Positions 11,034 to 19,530 of a DNA stretch of 64,000 nt are shown piece after piece. Positions within the stretch are counted from its first letter, which is position 1; each line of letters opens with the position of its first letter. The position numbers and the translations under genes were made by a program. The stretch comes from an uncultured Ectothiorhodospiraceae bacterium (GTDB taxonomy: Bacteria; Pseudomonadota; Gammaproteobacteria; XJ16; Halofilaceae), in assembly GCA_964445325.1 (NCBI GenBank), contig CAYUKN010000002.1, positions 10,794 through 74,793 of the forward strand, written 5' to 3'. A model generated the notes under the pieces. It was not told where the DNA came from. It saw nothing but the letters and a program-made list of their open reading frames with translations, and made no database searches.

Positions 11034-11420
11034 CTACCCCGCGAAGGGCACGAACGCGTGCGCCCGGGCGATCGCGACGATCCAGACGAACACGGCCACC
11101 GCGCCGATGAACGCGGGCACTCGCACCCCAGCGCCGTACCACGGCTTGAGCGCGACGAAGCCCAAGCCGATATACACCACCAGCAACACCACCTTTGCGA
11201 CGATCCAGCCGGTCGCCGCCGATACCCAAGCCCCGCCATAGGCGAACAACAAACCGATCGCGGAGAGCAGCAGCACGGTGTCGATGACGTGCGGCAGGAT
11301 CTTGACCGGTTTCTTGGCCAGCATGGGCGAGCGGCGCCAGGCCCAGTAGCCGCGGAGCAAGAATCCCAGGATCGACAGCAGCGCCGCGAGAACGTGGATC
11401 GTCTTGAGTATCGTGATCAT
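11034..11420 (-). CDS. SirB2 family membrane protein
   Basis: LKTIHV...LLRG, KILPHVIDTVLLLSA, WIVAKVVLLVVYIGLG; start ATG 11420. Confidence 0.85.
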   Translation of the reverse strand: MITILKTIHVLAALLSILGFLLRGYWAWRRSPMLAKKPVKILPHVIDTVLLLSAIGLLFAYGGAWVSAATGWIVAKVVLLVVYIGLGFVALKPWYGAGVRVPAFIGAVAVFVWIVAIARAHAFVPFAG

Positions 11421-11567
11421 GATGGCCTCGTCGTCGTCGCCTGACCGGGTGGCATCGGCGCGCCCCGCGCCGTCCTCGATCAGAGCGTAGCACGCCCGAC
11501 CAGCCGGGTCGGCGGCGACGGCTCCGCTTGAATCGCACCGGGCATCGACGTAGCATTGCAACGCTCT

Positions 11568-11642
11568 GGGCGGTTAGCTCAGCGGGAGAGCGCTGCCTTC
11601 ACACGGCAGAGGTCGCTGGTTCGATCCCAGCACCGCCCACCA
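11568..11642 (+). tRNA. tRNA-Val (anticodon CAC)
   Basis: 75-nt cloverleaf: GGGCGGT/ACCGCCC acceptor stem, GCTC/GAGC D stem, CTGCC-TTCACAC-GGCAG anticodon arm, GCTGG-TTCGATC-CCAGC T arm, encoded CCA. Confidence 0.97.
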
Positions 11643-11751
11643 TTTCCTCCCCGCTCTTGGGTACGACCCACCCGCGCGCACATCGCATATGGTGGCATCG
11701 CCCGCCAGCGCCTGGTGTCGATCCGCCCCCTTCGCCCCATCGGAGCCCAAC

Positions 11752-12669
11752 TTGTCCCGAACGACCGAGCGACTGCATGCGGGCGAGCGCCTGCTCCTGG
11801 ACGGCGGCAACGGCCAGGAGCTCGGCAGGCGCTGGCAGGATGACCGCCCCGGCCTCTGGGGCGGACAAGCGTTGATGGACGCGCCCGAGACCGTCGTCGG
11901 TGTCCACCGCGATTTCATCGACGCGGGCGCGGACGTCATCACCACGCACACCTATACGACCACGCGGCGGCGTCTCGGCGAGGCGTGGGCGCGCTATACC
12001 GACCGCGCCACGGCCCTCGCGCAGCGCGCCCGGCAGCAATCGGGCCGCGACCACGTCGCGATCGCGGGCTGCCTGCCGCCGCTGTTCGGCAGCTATCAGC
12101 CCGAACGCGTGCCCCCGGTCAGCGAGCTCGAGCCGCTCTACCGCGAACAGGCGGATCGCCTCGCCCCGCATGTCGATTGCTTGCTCGCCGAGACGCTGTC
12201 GACGGCCAGCGAGGCGGTGGCCGCGGCTCGCGCCGCGCGCGCTGTCGATCGCCCGCTCTGGGTTAGCTGGACCATCGCCGACGACGCCACGGGGCGGCTG
12301 CGCAGCGGCGAGTCCATCGCCGATGCGGTCGCCGCGATCGACGGGCTCGGGGTCGAGGCGGTCCTGCTCAATTGCTCGCTACCCGAGTCGATCGACGTGG
12401 CCCTGCCCGAGCTGGCGGCGCACGCCGCGCGGCCCTTCGGCGCCTACGCCAACGGCTTCACCGCGATCCCGGCGGGCTTCGACGTCGCCGACGGCGCCAA
12501 TCTGCCGGACAAACGCGAGGATCTCGACCCGGCACGCTATGCGGGCGCGGTCGAACCCTGGCTGGCGCAAGGCGTGCGCATCATCGGCGGCTGCTGCGAG
12601 GTCGGTCCTGCCCACATCGCGCGCTTGGCCTCGCTGCTGGCGACGGCGCCGGAGCAGCAGGGCCGCTAG
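11752..12669 (+). CDS. Homocysteine S-methyltransferase family protein (MmuM/BHMT-like)
   Basis: LLDGGNGQEL, GADVITT, IAGCLPPL, ETLS, LNCS and GGCCEV zinc ligands; TTG 11752 with GGAG RBS. Confidence 0.88.
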   Translation: MSRTTERLHAGERLLLDGGNGQELGRRWQDDRPGLWGGQALMDAPETVVGVHRDFIDAGADVITTHTYTTTRRRLGEAWARYTDRATALAQRARQQSGRDHVAIAGCLPPLFGSYQPERVPPVSELEPLYREQADRLAPHVDCLLAETLSTASEAVAAARAARAVDRPLWVSWTIADDATGRLRSGESIADAVAAIDGLGVEAVLLNCSLPESIDVALPELAAHAARPFGAYANGFTAIPAGFDVADGANLPDKREDLDPARYAGAVEPWLAQGVRIIGGCCEVGPAHIARLASLLATAPEQQGR

Positions 12670-12698
12670 CGCCCCGCGAGGAGCCCGGGCGCGGGGCG
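12670..12698. terminator. GC-rich hairpin between convergent genes
   Basis: CGCCCCGCG...CGCGGGGCG, 9-bp stem; no clear U-tract. Confidence 0.4.
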
Positions 12699-12720
12699 AA
12701 CCGGGCTCCACGGCAAATAC

Positions 12721-13476
12721 TCACGACGGCGACGACGCCTGGCTCTGGCTGCCCTCATCCAACAGATATCCGGCCGCGCCCAGGACACCGCCGATGAGCA
12801 TGACGCCGACCGCCGCCCCGGCCACCCAGTTGGCCAGCATCGACGCCGTGATCGCACCGTCGAAGAACTCGACGCCCTGTTGCGTCGCCCCCGGCTCCAT
12901 CGCGGCCATGCCGGTGTAATGCATGGCACACACGGCAAGCGCCATCACCGGCGCCGACAGGAACCGAAGCCACCCCGTCAGCGTGGTGATCGTGACCAGG
13001 GCCGCGGTCGACAAGACGAAGGCGATGATCACCGATACCACCACCCAAGTGGGTTGGTGGACGATCTCCGCAGGAACGCGCAGCGCGGCGATACCGCCAT
13101 AGTGCAGCGCCACGATCCCCATGGTCATGGTGGCGGCGCCCACCAGCATGACGACCACGGATTCGGGGTGGCGGGTGACCACGAGTACGGCGACACCCGC
13201 GAAGATCGTGGGCATGACGAACGACAGCCACGTCATGGCCACATCGAAGGTCATGCCAACGCCCGGGTCGTAGGCGAGCAACCCGGTGAAGTGGGTCGCC
13301 CACATCATGCAGCCGGACAGGATGACGGCGGTCAGTGCCACCCAGAGTGCGCGCACGTTGCCCTGCCAATCGCGTGCATACTGGCTCGTGAAAAGCCCGA
13401 CCAGCGCACCCAGTAATGCGACGCCGAAAGAGGCCGCCACCAGCAACCAATCGTAATCGCCCAGCGTATGCGTCAT
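12721..13476 (-). CDS. Stand-alone MHYT membrane sensor domain protein
   Basis: Three MHYT-type repeats (WATHFTG, VALHYGG, AMHYTGM) in ~7 TM segments, no cytoplasmic output domain; start ATG 13476. Confidence 0.85.
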   Translation of the reverse strand: MTHTLGDYDWLLVAASFGVALLGALVGLFTSQYARDWQGNVRALWVALTAVILSGCMMWATHFTGLLAYDPGVGMTFDVAMTWLSFVMPTIFAGVAVLVVTRHPESVVVMLVGAATMTMGIVALHYGGIAALRVPAEIVHQPTWVVVSVIIAFVLSTAALVTITTLTGWLRFLSAPVMALAVCAMHYTGMAAMEPGATQQGVEFFDGAITASMLANWVAGAAVGVMLIGGVLGAAGYLLDEGSQSQASSPS

Positions 13477-13536
13477 CTCGCCCCTCTGTGTCGTGCCGGG
13501 ACGAACCGAGTCGCCCGTCAAGCGCCCGCGCGGCTG

Positions 13537-14013
13537 TCAGGCGCCGCGGCCGTGACCGACCCAGCGCGGGATGAGCCAGCCGTTGAGCGCGCCGTAGACG
13601 ATGTGGAGGACCAGCGTCATCACGAGATATTTGGGCATCGAGTTCAACGCCAGCGGTGCGTCGGGTGCGAGCGCACCGGCGTTTGCCCCGAAAACACCCC
13701 AACCGATGATGGGCGAGTACACCAGCTGCATCAGAACGAGCCACTGAACGATCACCGCCATACCGAGCCCGCGCCAGAGATCGGTGCGCGACTCGAACAG
13801 CGCGTACAGGATCACCGCCCAGGCGATGCCGTAGACGAAGTGGGCGATCACCGCCAGTGGCTGCGGCGGCACACCCAGCGCTTTCAGAAACGCCGCCGAC
13901 GGCGGCAGATTGAACGGTGCCGCGCCCGTGACCTGGATGCCCAGAAACATCACGATGAAGATGATCAGACTGCCGAGCGCGCCTACGGCGCCCGCTTTCA
14001 ACCATGCCATCAC
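13537..14013 (-). CDS. Small integral membrane protein (DUF6789/DUF1440-like)
   Basis: About four hydrophobic segments with AHFVYG and LHIVYG His motifs. Confidence 0.7.
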   Translation of the reverse strand: MMAWLKAGAVGALGSLIIFIVMFLGIQVTGAAPFNLPPSAAFLKALGVPPQPLAVIAHFVYGIAWAVILYALFESRTDLWRGLGMAVIVQWLVLMQLVYSPIIGWGVFGANAGALAPDAPLALNSMPKYLVMTLVLHIVYGALNGWLIPRWVGHGRGA

Positions 14014-14067
14014 TTCCCCCTTTGCTATTCGATTGCTTGCTTGGCGTCCCCACTCGCCCGAGTCGGC

Positions 14068-14820
14068 TCACGAGCGCGCCGCGACCCGCTCGTCCGCACC
14101 CGCCGACTCCAGCAGCGGGCCGATCGCATCATCGATCAGGCCGCGGCCGCGCGCAATGCGCGAGCGCACCGTCCCGACCGGGCAGCCCATCAGGTTTGCA
14201 ATGGCGTCGTAGGACAACCCCTGCATCTCGCGCAGCATGACGGCGTCGCGCAAGTGCTGCGGCAGCTCGGCGAGCGTTCGATCGAGGATGCGTTGCACCT
14301 CATCGCGGCGCAGTTCGCGCTCCGGGGTATCGCCATGGCGCAGCAGCGCGCCGTCGTCATAGCGCTCGGCCTCGTCGGCCTCGACACCGTGATTGGTCGC
14401 GCGGCGGCTGAGCGCATCCAGGTGATTTTTCGCCGTGTTCACCGCGATACGATAGAGCCAGGTGTAAAACGAGCTGTCGCCCCGAAAGCGCGCGAGCGCC
14501 CGATAGGCCTTGAGGAAGGCATCCTGGGCGACGTCCTCGATCTCGCTCGGGTCGCGCAGGTACTGACCGATCACGGTCGCGATGCGGTGCTGATAGCGCG
14601 CGACCAGCTGACTGAACGCCCGCTGATCGCCCGCTTGCGCCCGTTCGACGAGGGCTCGATCGGTGGCGCTGTCATCGGCACGCGCGGTGCTCGACTCGGT
14701 CCGTTTCGCCGCGGAGTCGACCCTGTCCGTGGTGTCCGCCTCGAAGCGCTCGCGCTTGACCGGCGGATCCGGCAGGGCGAACGGATTGCCCGCGGGGATC
14801 GCCTGTGCTGCTGTCGCCAT
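14068..14820 (-). CDS. ECF RNA polymerase sigma factor, RpoE/AlgU-like
   Basis: EDVAQDAFLKAYRAL, FRGDSSFYTWLYRIAVNTAKNHL, LREMQGLSY, CPVGTVRSRIARGR; ~55-aa N-terminal extension. Confidence 0.92.
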   Translation of the reverse strand: MATAAQAIPAGNPFALPDPPVKRERFEADTTDRVDSAAKRTESSTARADDSATDRALVERAQAGDQRAFSQLVARYQHRIATVIGQYLRDPSEIEDVAQDAFLKAYRALARFRGDSSFYTWLYRIAVNTAKNHLDALSRRATNHGVEADEAERYDDGALLRHGDTPERELRRDEVQRILDRTLAELPQHLRDAVMLREMQGLSYDAIANLMGCPVGTVRSRIARGRGLIDDAIGPLLESAGADERVAARS

Positions 14821-14910
14821 CTGTCCACTCCCGCTAACCGAATGGTCGTCGTTTCGTGACGCTGGCCAGTCTCCATCCAGCCCGGGCGGACCGAAATTCG
14901 CACTTGTACG

Positions 14911-14926
14911 TAAGGGTTACCCCGTA
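14911..14926. promoter_or_regulatory. Imperfect palindrome TAAGGGTTACCCCGTA (candidate operator)
   Basis: Inverted repeat in the divergent sigma/EAL intergenic region. Confidence 0.35.
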
Positions 14927-14986
14927 CCGCGTTGGCGGCCGTGGGGATGCGACACTCGCGATATCTGTGAACCGGGCGCCGCGACC

Positions 14987-16687
14987 ATGGGCAACGCCGA
15001 TTCCGCCGGTTCGGTCCGGGGTGAGCGCGCCTGCGCTCTGGCGCGCGCGCTGGGGCGACTACCGCTGCTGCGCCACTCGCGCGCGCTCCAGCTAACCGTC
15101 TCCGCGGGTGTGTGCGTCGGTATCCCGATCGGGGCGACCGTGGCGCTCGTGCCCGCTTCGCCGGCGCCAAGGATCGGGCTCGCCGTGCTGGCCGCGCTCG
15201 CCGGCTTGGCGGCGTTCTGGGCCACGGTGCGGTGCCTGCTCGAGCCCGTGCGCGAGCTCACGCGCATGCTGCGGCGCTACCGCAGGGGCGGGGAGTTGGG
15301 CCCGCCGGGCGAGGTCCAGCAGGACGAGGTGGGCAATCTGGTTGGCGAGGCCCTGCAGACGCTGCGCGAGACCAACGCGCATCTGTCGCTGCGCGCACGC
15401 CGCGACGCCTCCACAGGCGCGCTCAATCGCTATGGCCTCGACGCCGAGCTGGACTATCTCTTGCGCCGCTCCGTTCAGCCCGGCTGCATCGGCCTGGCGC
15501 TCATCGAGGTGCACGAGTTGGGTCGCTGGGAGATGGCCCTTGGGCCCGAGACCGTCGACGCGGTGCGCCGAGCGATGATCGAACGCCTGCGCGAGGTGGC
15601 CCCCGCCGACAGCGCCGTCGCCACCGTCGGCGCCAGCTGGTTCGCCTTCGCCGCCGCCGATGCCCCGGAGGCGCTCGCGCGCCACATGGACAGACTCTGG
15701 TCGACGCTGCACGCACCCATCGAATGCGGCGGGCACGGCCTGCAGCCGACCTGCTCGATGGGCATAGCGCACGCACAAGGCGACGAGACCTCGGTGGACC
15801 TGTTCCACGCGGCCGAAGCCGCCTTGCTCTCGGCGCGCGGGCGAAGCGGGTCGGCGCGGGTCGAGGCGAGCGAGACCAGCGCCCATCTCCACGACACGGC
15901 GGCCTTGGCCCTGGCGCTGGAACAGGCGATCGATCACGGGCGCATCGAGGCGCACTATCAGCCGCGGGTCGATGCACGCACGCGCACCGACCGCAGCGCG
16001 GAGGCGTTGGCCCGCTGGAACCATCCGCAGCGCGGCGCCGTTGGTCCCGCGACCTTCATCCCCTTGGCCGAGAGCAGCGGCCGCATGGTCGCTCTGGGTC
16101 GCCACATGCTGGAGCGCTCGGTCGCGGCCGTCGCCGCATGGCAACGCGCCGGCGCTGATCTCACTGTCTCGGTCAACGTCGACGCCGAGCAGCTGGCCGC
16201 CGCGACGCTCGAGGACGACGTCGTGGCGGCATTGACGCGCCATGGGGTCGCCCCCGCGTGCCTGGAGCTCGAGATCACCGAGGGGTCATTGCTCGCCGAT
16301 CTCGACGGCGCCATGCGCCAGATCGCGCAGCTGCGCGGCCGCGGGGTGGGTCTCGCGCTCGACGACTTCGGCACGGGCTACTCGTCGCTGGGCTACCTGG
16401 GCCGGCTTCCGGTCGACCGCCTCAAGATCGACCGCTCTTTCGTGGCGCAGCTGGACACGGGCGAGGGTGAGCGCATCACGCGCGCGATCATCGACTTGGC
16501 CCACAGCCTGTCGCTAGCGGTCACCGCCGAGGGCGTGGAGCGCGAAGGCCAAGCACAGGCCCTGGCCGCGATGGGCTGCGACGAGTTCCAGGGGTTCCTG
16601 TTCTCGCCGGCGGTGACCGCTGATGCCATCCCGGCCCGAGGCGGGCTCGAGGCACCGCCTCGATCGAGGCCGCTCGCCGCGGGCTGA
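14987..16687 (+). CDS. Membrane-anchored HAMP / degenerate GGDEF / EAL protein (probable c-di-GMP phosphodiesterase)
   Basis: Two TM helices; RDASTGALNR but VGASWF instead of GGDEF; intact AEALARW, LEITEG, DDFGTGYSSL, KIDRSF, AEGVE, QGFLFS; start ATG 14987. Confidence 0.88.
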   Translation: MGNADSAGSVRGERACALARALGRLPLLRHSRALQLTVSAGVCVGIPIGATVALVPASPAPRIGLAVLAALAGLAAFWATVRCLLEPVRELTRMLRRYRRGGELGPPGEVQQDEVGNLVGEALQTLRETNAHLSLRARRDASTGALNRYGLDAELDYLLRRSVQPGCIGLALIEVHELGRWEMALGPETVDAVRRAMIERLREVAPADSAVATVGASWFAFAAADAPEALARHMDRLWSTLHAPIECGGHGLQPTCSMGIAHAQGDETSVDLFHAAEAALLSARGRSGSARVEASETSAHLHDTAALALALEQAIDHGRIEAHYQPRVDARTRTDRSAEALARWNHPQRGAVGPATFIPLAESSGRMVALGRHMLERSVAAVAAWQRAGADLTVSVNVDAEQLAAATLEDDVVAALTRHGVAPACLELEITEGSLLADLDGAMRQIAQLRGRGVGLALDDFGTGYSSLGYLGRLPVDRLKIDRSFVAQLDTGEGERITRAIIDLAHSLSLAVTAEGVEREGQAQALAAMGCDEFQGFLFSPAVTADAIPARGGLEAPPRSRPLAAG

Positions 16688-16722
16688 GCGCTAGCCCCAG
16701 CGACGACGACGGAGGACGGACT

Positions 16723-17541
16723 ATGGCCACGGGCGAGCTACTCAATCGCGCACGCGAAACCCCGATCGCCGCCGCCGAGGCGGCCGAGGACATGGCCCAA
16801 GCCATCGCGCGCATGACACAGCGCCACTACGACCGCCGTCGTCATCGCTTCGACTACGGCGCCGCCGCGGTGTCCGATGAACACCAGTCGCTGCGCGCCG
16901 CAGCGGCCGCGCTCGCGGGCATCGATCCGCTCGAGCTGAGCGACCCGGATACCGCCAAGGCGTTCTGGATCAACACCTACAACGCCCTCGCCGTGCACAT
17001 CATCCTGGCGGGATCGATCGCCACTTCGGTGCGCGAGCGCGACGACTTCTTCACGGGCCCGCACTACTGCGTGGCCGGTCACGAGATGACCCTTGACGCG
17101 ATCGAGCACGGCATCTTGCGCGGCAATGCCCGCAAGTACATGGGCGTCAAGCCGGCGTTCGCGCGCGGTGATCCGCGCATCGATTGGCGCCTGACCCAGC
17201 CGGATCCACGCGTTCACTTCGCACTCTACATGGGCGCGGCGTCCTCGCCCCGGCTACGCGCCGTACCACTCGACGATCCCAATGCCACCCTCGAGCAAGC
17301 CGCCCGCGAGCACCTGGATGCCACGGTCGGGCCCACACCGGATGGCGGCCATGTCCGACTGCCACGCGTATTTCGCTGGTATACGAGCGATTTCGGCGGC
17401 TCGGTCGATGACGCGCTCGCGTTCGTGCGTGCCCGCCTCGACGACGAGCGCAGCGACCTCCTGGCGCGCGAGGACATCGACGTCGTTTTCACGCCGTTCG
17501 ATTGGCGCCTCAACGACCGTTACGCGGCGCTCGCTGACTAA
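16723..17541 (+). CDS. DUF547 domain protein
   Basis: AFWINTYNA, TLDAIEHGILR, DPRVHFAL, LPRVFRWYTSDFG. Confidence 0.85.
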   Translation: MATGELLNRARETPIAAAEAAEDMAQAIARMTQRHYDRRRHRFDYGAAAVSDEHQSLRAAAAALAGIDPLELSDPDTAKAFWINTYNALAVHIILAGSIATSVRERDDFFTGPHYCVAGHEMTLDAIEHGILRGNARKYMGVKPAFARGDPRIDWRLTQPDPRVHFALYMGAASSPRLRAVPLDDPNATLEQAAREHLDATVGPTPDGGHVRLPRVFRWYTSDFGGSVDDALAFVRARLDDERSDLLAREDIDVVFTPFDWRLNDRYAALAD

Positions 17542-17577
17542 TATCGCGCGCGGGCTCGGCAGCACGCGGCGCACACC

Positions 17578-18036
17578 TCAGCCGGCGGCGACGTCTATAC
17601 GGCGGGACCAGTGCTCGCGGACCATGAGAAACGCCGAGCCCATGGTGAGCGCGACCACGACGCAGACGAAGCTGTGGCAGGCAAGACCGAACGACGCTAG
17701 ATTCACCAGGTACACCAGGTTATAGCGCAGCGAGTCGAGCGCGGGCAGCGGGCGGGGTGCCCGCCAAAGGTAGTGGGCACGCCAGGCCAGCCAGAAAAGC
17801 GTAGCCGACGTCGCGAGCACGAACAGCGTCGGTGTGAAGGGGCGCTGGGCGAGCCATGCCTCCAGCGGCAGGGTGAGAAGGAATAGCGTCCGAAAAATGG
17901 GCACCGCCCATTGGTGCCATCGCGGCGTGAACGCCCAGAGGCGGGCATGGACCCAGCTCCAGAGCGATACCAGTGCCCACAGTGGGGCGACCGCGGCATA
18001 CAGCGCAGCGATCGCGAGCATGCCCGTCTCCGGCAT
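17578..18036 (-). CDS. Hypothetical Trp-rich membrane protein
   Basis: About four hydrophobic segments; ATG 18036 with AGGAG upstream; no family recognised. Confidence 0.6.
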   Translation of the reverse strand: MPETGMLAIAALYAAVAPLWALVSLWSWVHARLWAFTPRWHQWAVPIFRTLFLLTLPLEAWLAQRPFTPTLFVLATSATLFWLAWRAHYLWRAPRPLPALDSLRYNLVYLVNLASFGLACHSFVCVVVALTMGSAFLMVREHWSRRIDVAAG

Positions 18037-18186
18037 GGCGCCTGGCCCTCCTTCGGATACATCGCCTACGCCCGGTCGCACCGGGCGCGGCCCGGCTGCA
18101 GCGGTAGTGCGGACGCGTCGCCGCACCACCCACACGTCGCCGGATCACACCGCGGCCGGCGAGGCGCCGGACCGCGGCCGCGCGAC

Positions 18187-18717
18187 TCACTCGGGCGCGA
18201 CGCCCACCGAGTCCAGGAAGCGGTTGAATGCAGTGAAGGTCTCCATGACGCCGTAGGCCTCGACGAGCTCCGCTTCGGTCGCTCCCGCCGACCGCGCCGC
18301 GGAGAACTCCGCAGCGGTCACGTCGTGCGGCTGCGCATTCGCCTTGCGCATCAAGGCCACCAGCTGGCGTGCCTTGTCGTCGAAGCCGACCTCGGCGAGC
18401 TGGCCCTCGCGGATCTTCGCCAAGGTATCGTCGTCGACACCCAACGCCTTGAGCGCGCCCGAGTGGGCCTGGACGCAGTAGGCGCAGCCGTTGTCCTGGC
18501 TCACCAGCAGGGCGATGGTCTCCTTGAGCTTGCGCGGCAGATCGCCCTCCATCATCGTGGCCTTGAGCTTGTTCCAATTCGCGCGAAGCAGCGGCGGATG
18601 ATGGGCGTAGGTACGGAACAGCGCGGGCACCTTGCCCATGCCTTGCTCGATCTCGTCGAGGATTTGCTTGGCTTCCGCCGACAGCTGGTCAGCGGCGAGT
18701 GCCTCGATATGAGCCAT
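18187..18717 (-). CDS. Carboxymuconolactone decarboxylase / AhpD-like peroxidase-related protein
   Basis: VPALFRTYAHHP, LKETIALLVSQDNGCAYCVQAH (CxxC-H); start ATG 18717. Confidence 0.88.
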   Translation of the reverse strand: MAHIEALAADQLSAEAKQILDEIEQGMGKVPALFRTYAHHPPLLRANWNKLKATMMEGDLPRKLKETIALLVSQDNGCAYCVQAHSGALKALGVDDDTLAKIREGQLAEVGFDDKARQLVALMRKANAQPHDVTAAEFSAARSAGATEAELVEAYGVMETFTAFNRFLDSVGVAPE

Positions 18718-18786
18718 GTGTGGTCTCCCATGTTTGGCTGGAAAGCAGTGAGCCAGGCGCGCCCCCATGGCAGAAAGGGTCGATCG

Positions 18787-19236
18787 TCAGGCCTGATTCC
18801 CACGCGCGGCGAAGTAGCCCCCGAGCAACAGGAGAACGACCGGGAACTCCATCCCTCCCATGGGATGGCTGTTGGTGGCGGCGAAATGCCATTGGCCCCA
18901 ATGGACCATGGCAATCGCGCCGATCATGACCGGCACGACGGCGATGCCGGCAAGGCGGCTGACGAAATCGCCGAAGGCACCGCCGACAAGCGCTCCTACC
19001 ACCACCGCCGTACCCGCCAGGATCTCGATCCCGGCGACGAGCGCGGCAACGGTGGGCGGTAAGCCGAGCTCGAGCGCGAACGCGACGATCCCGGACCCAA
19101 TGAACTTGTAGCAGCCGTGGTACAGGAAAACGAGGGCAATGGCCGCCCGCAGGAGCCAATGGGCGTGGCGCTCGAGGTGGCCACGGCTTGTCGTTGCCTC
19201 CCCGGAAATGCCCCGGACATGGGTCTCGACTGCCAT
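18787..19236 (-). CDS. DoxX family membrane protein
   Basis: LLRAAIALVFLYHG..KF, MIGAIAMVHW, GGMEFPVVLL; start ATG 19236. Confidence 0.85.
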   Translation of the reverse strand: MAVETHVRGISGEATTSRGHLERHAHWLLRAAIALVFLYHGCYKFIGSGIVAFALELGLPPTVAALVAGIEILAGTAVVVGALVGGAFGDFVSRLAGIAVVPVMIGAIAMVHWGQWHFAATNSHPMGGMEFPVVLLLLGGYFAARGNQA

Positions 19237-19530
19237 CGCGTGCTCTCGTCCTCCGTCGCGCCTCGGGCCGAGCCCGCCCGGCCGGCCGACCAACGAGCGC
19301 TAGTTTGCCCCCTCGCCACAGGACACCCAATCCGTTGTTCTACGTATGCATCGAGGGCGAACGCCTGCCGCCATGTCCGTACAACCCCGGATAGCCGGGC
19401 GGCGGTAGCGTGGCGACACTGCAAACGGCCGTGATATACAGCCCACAGGGCGCGAGCTCATGGGCCGTCGCAAGGCACTCGAGTGCACGCCTCGCGGTGA
19501 GCGAGCCACGACGGGGACGCGATAGACACC

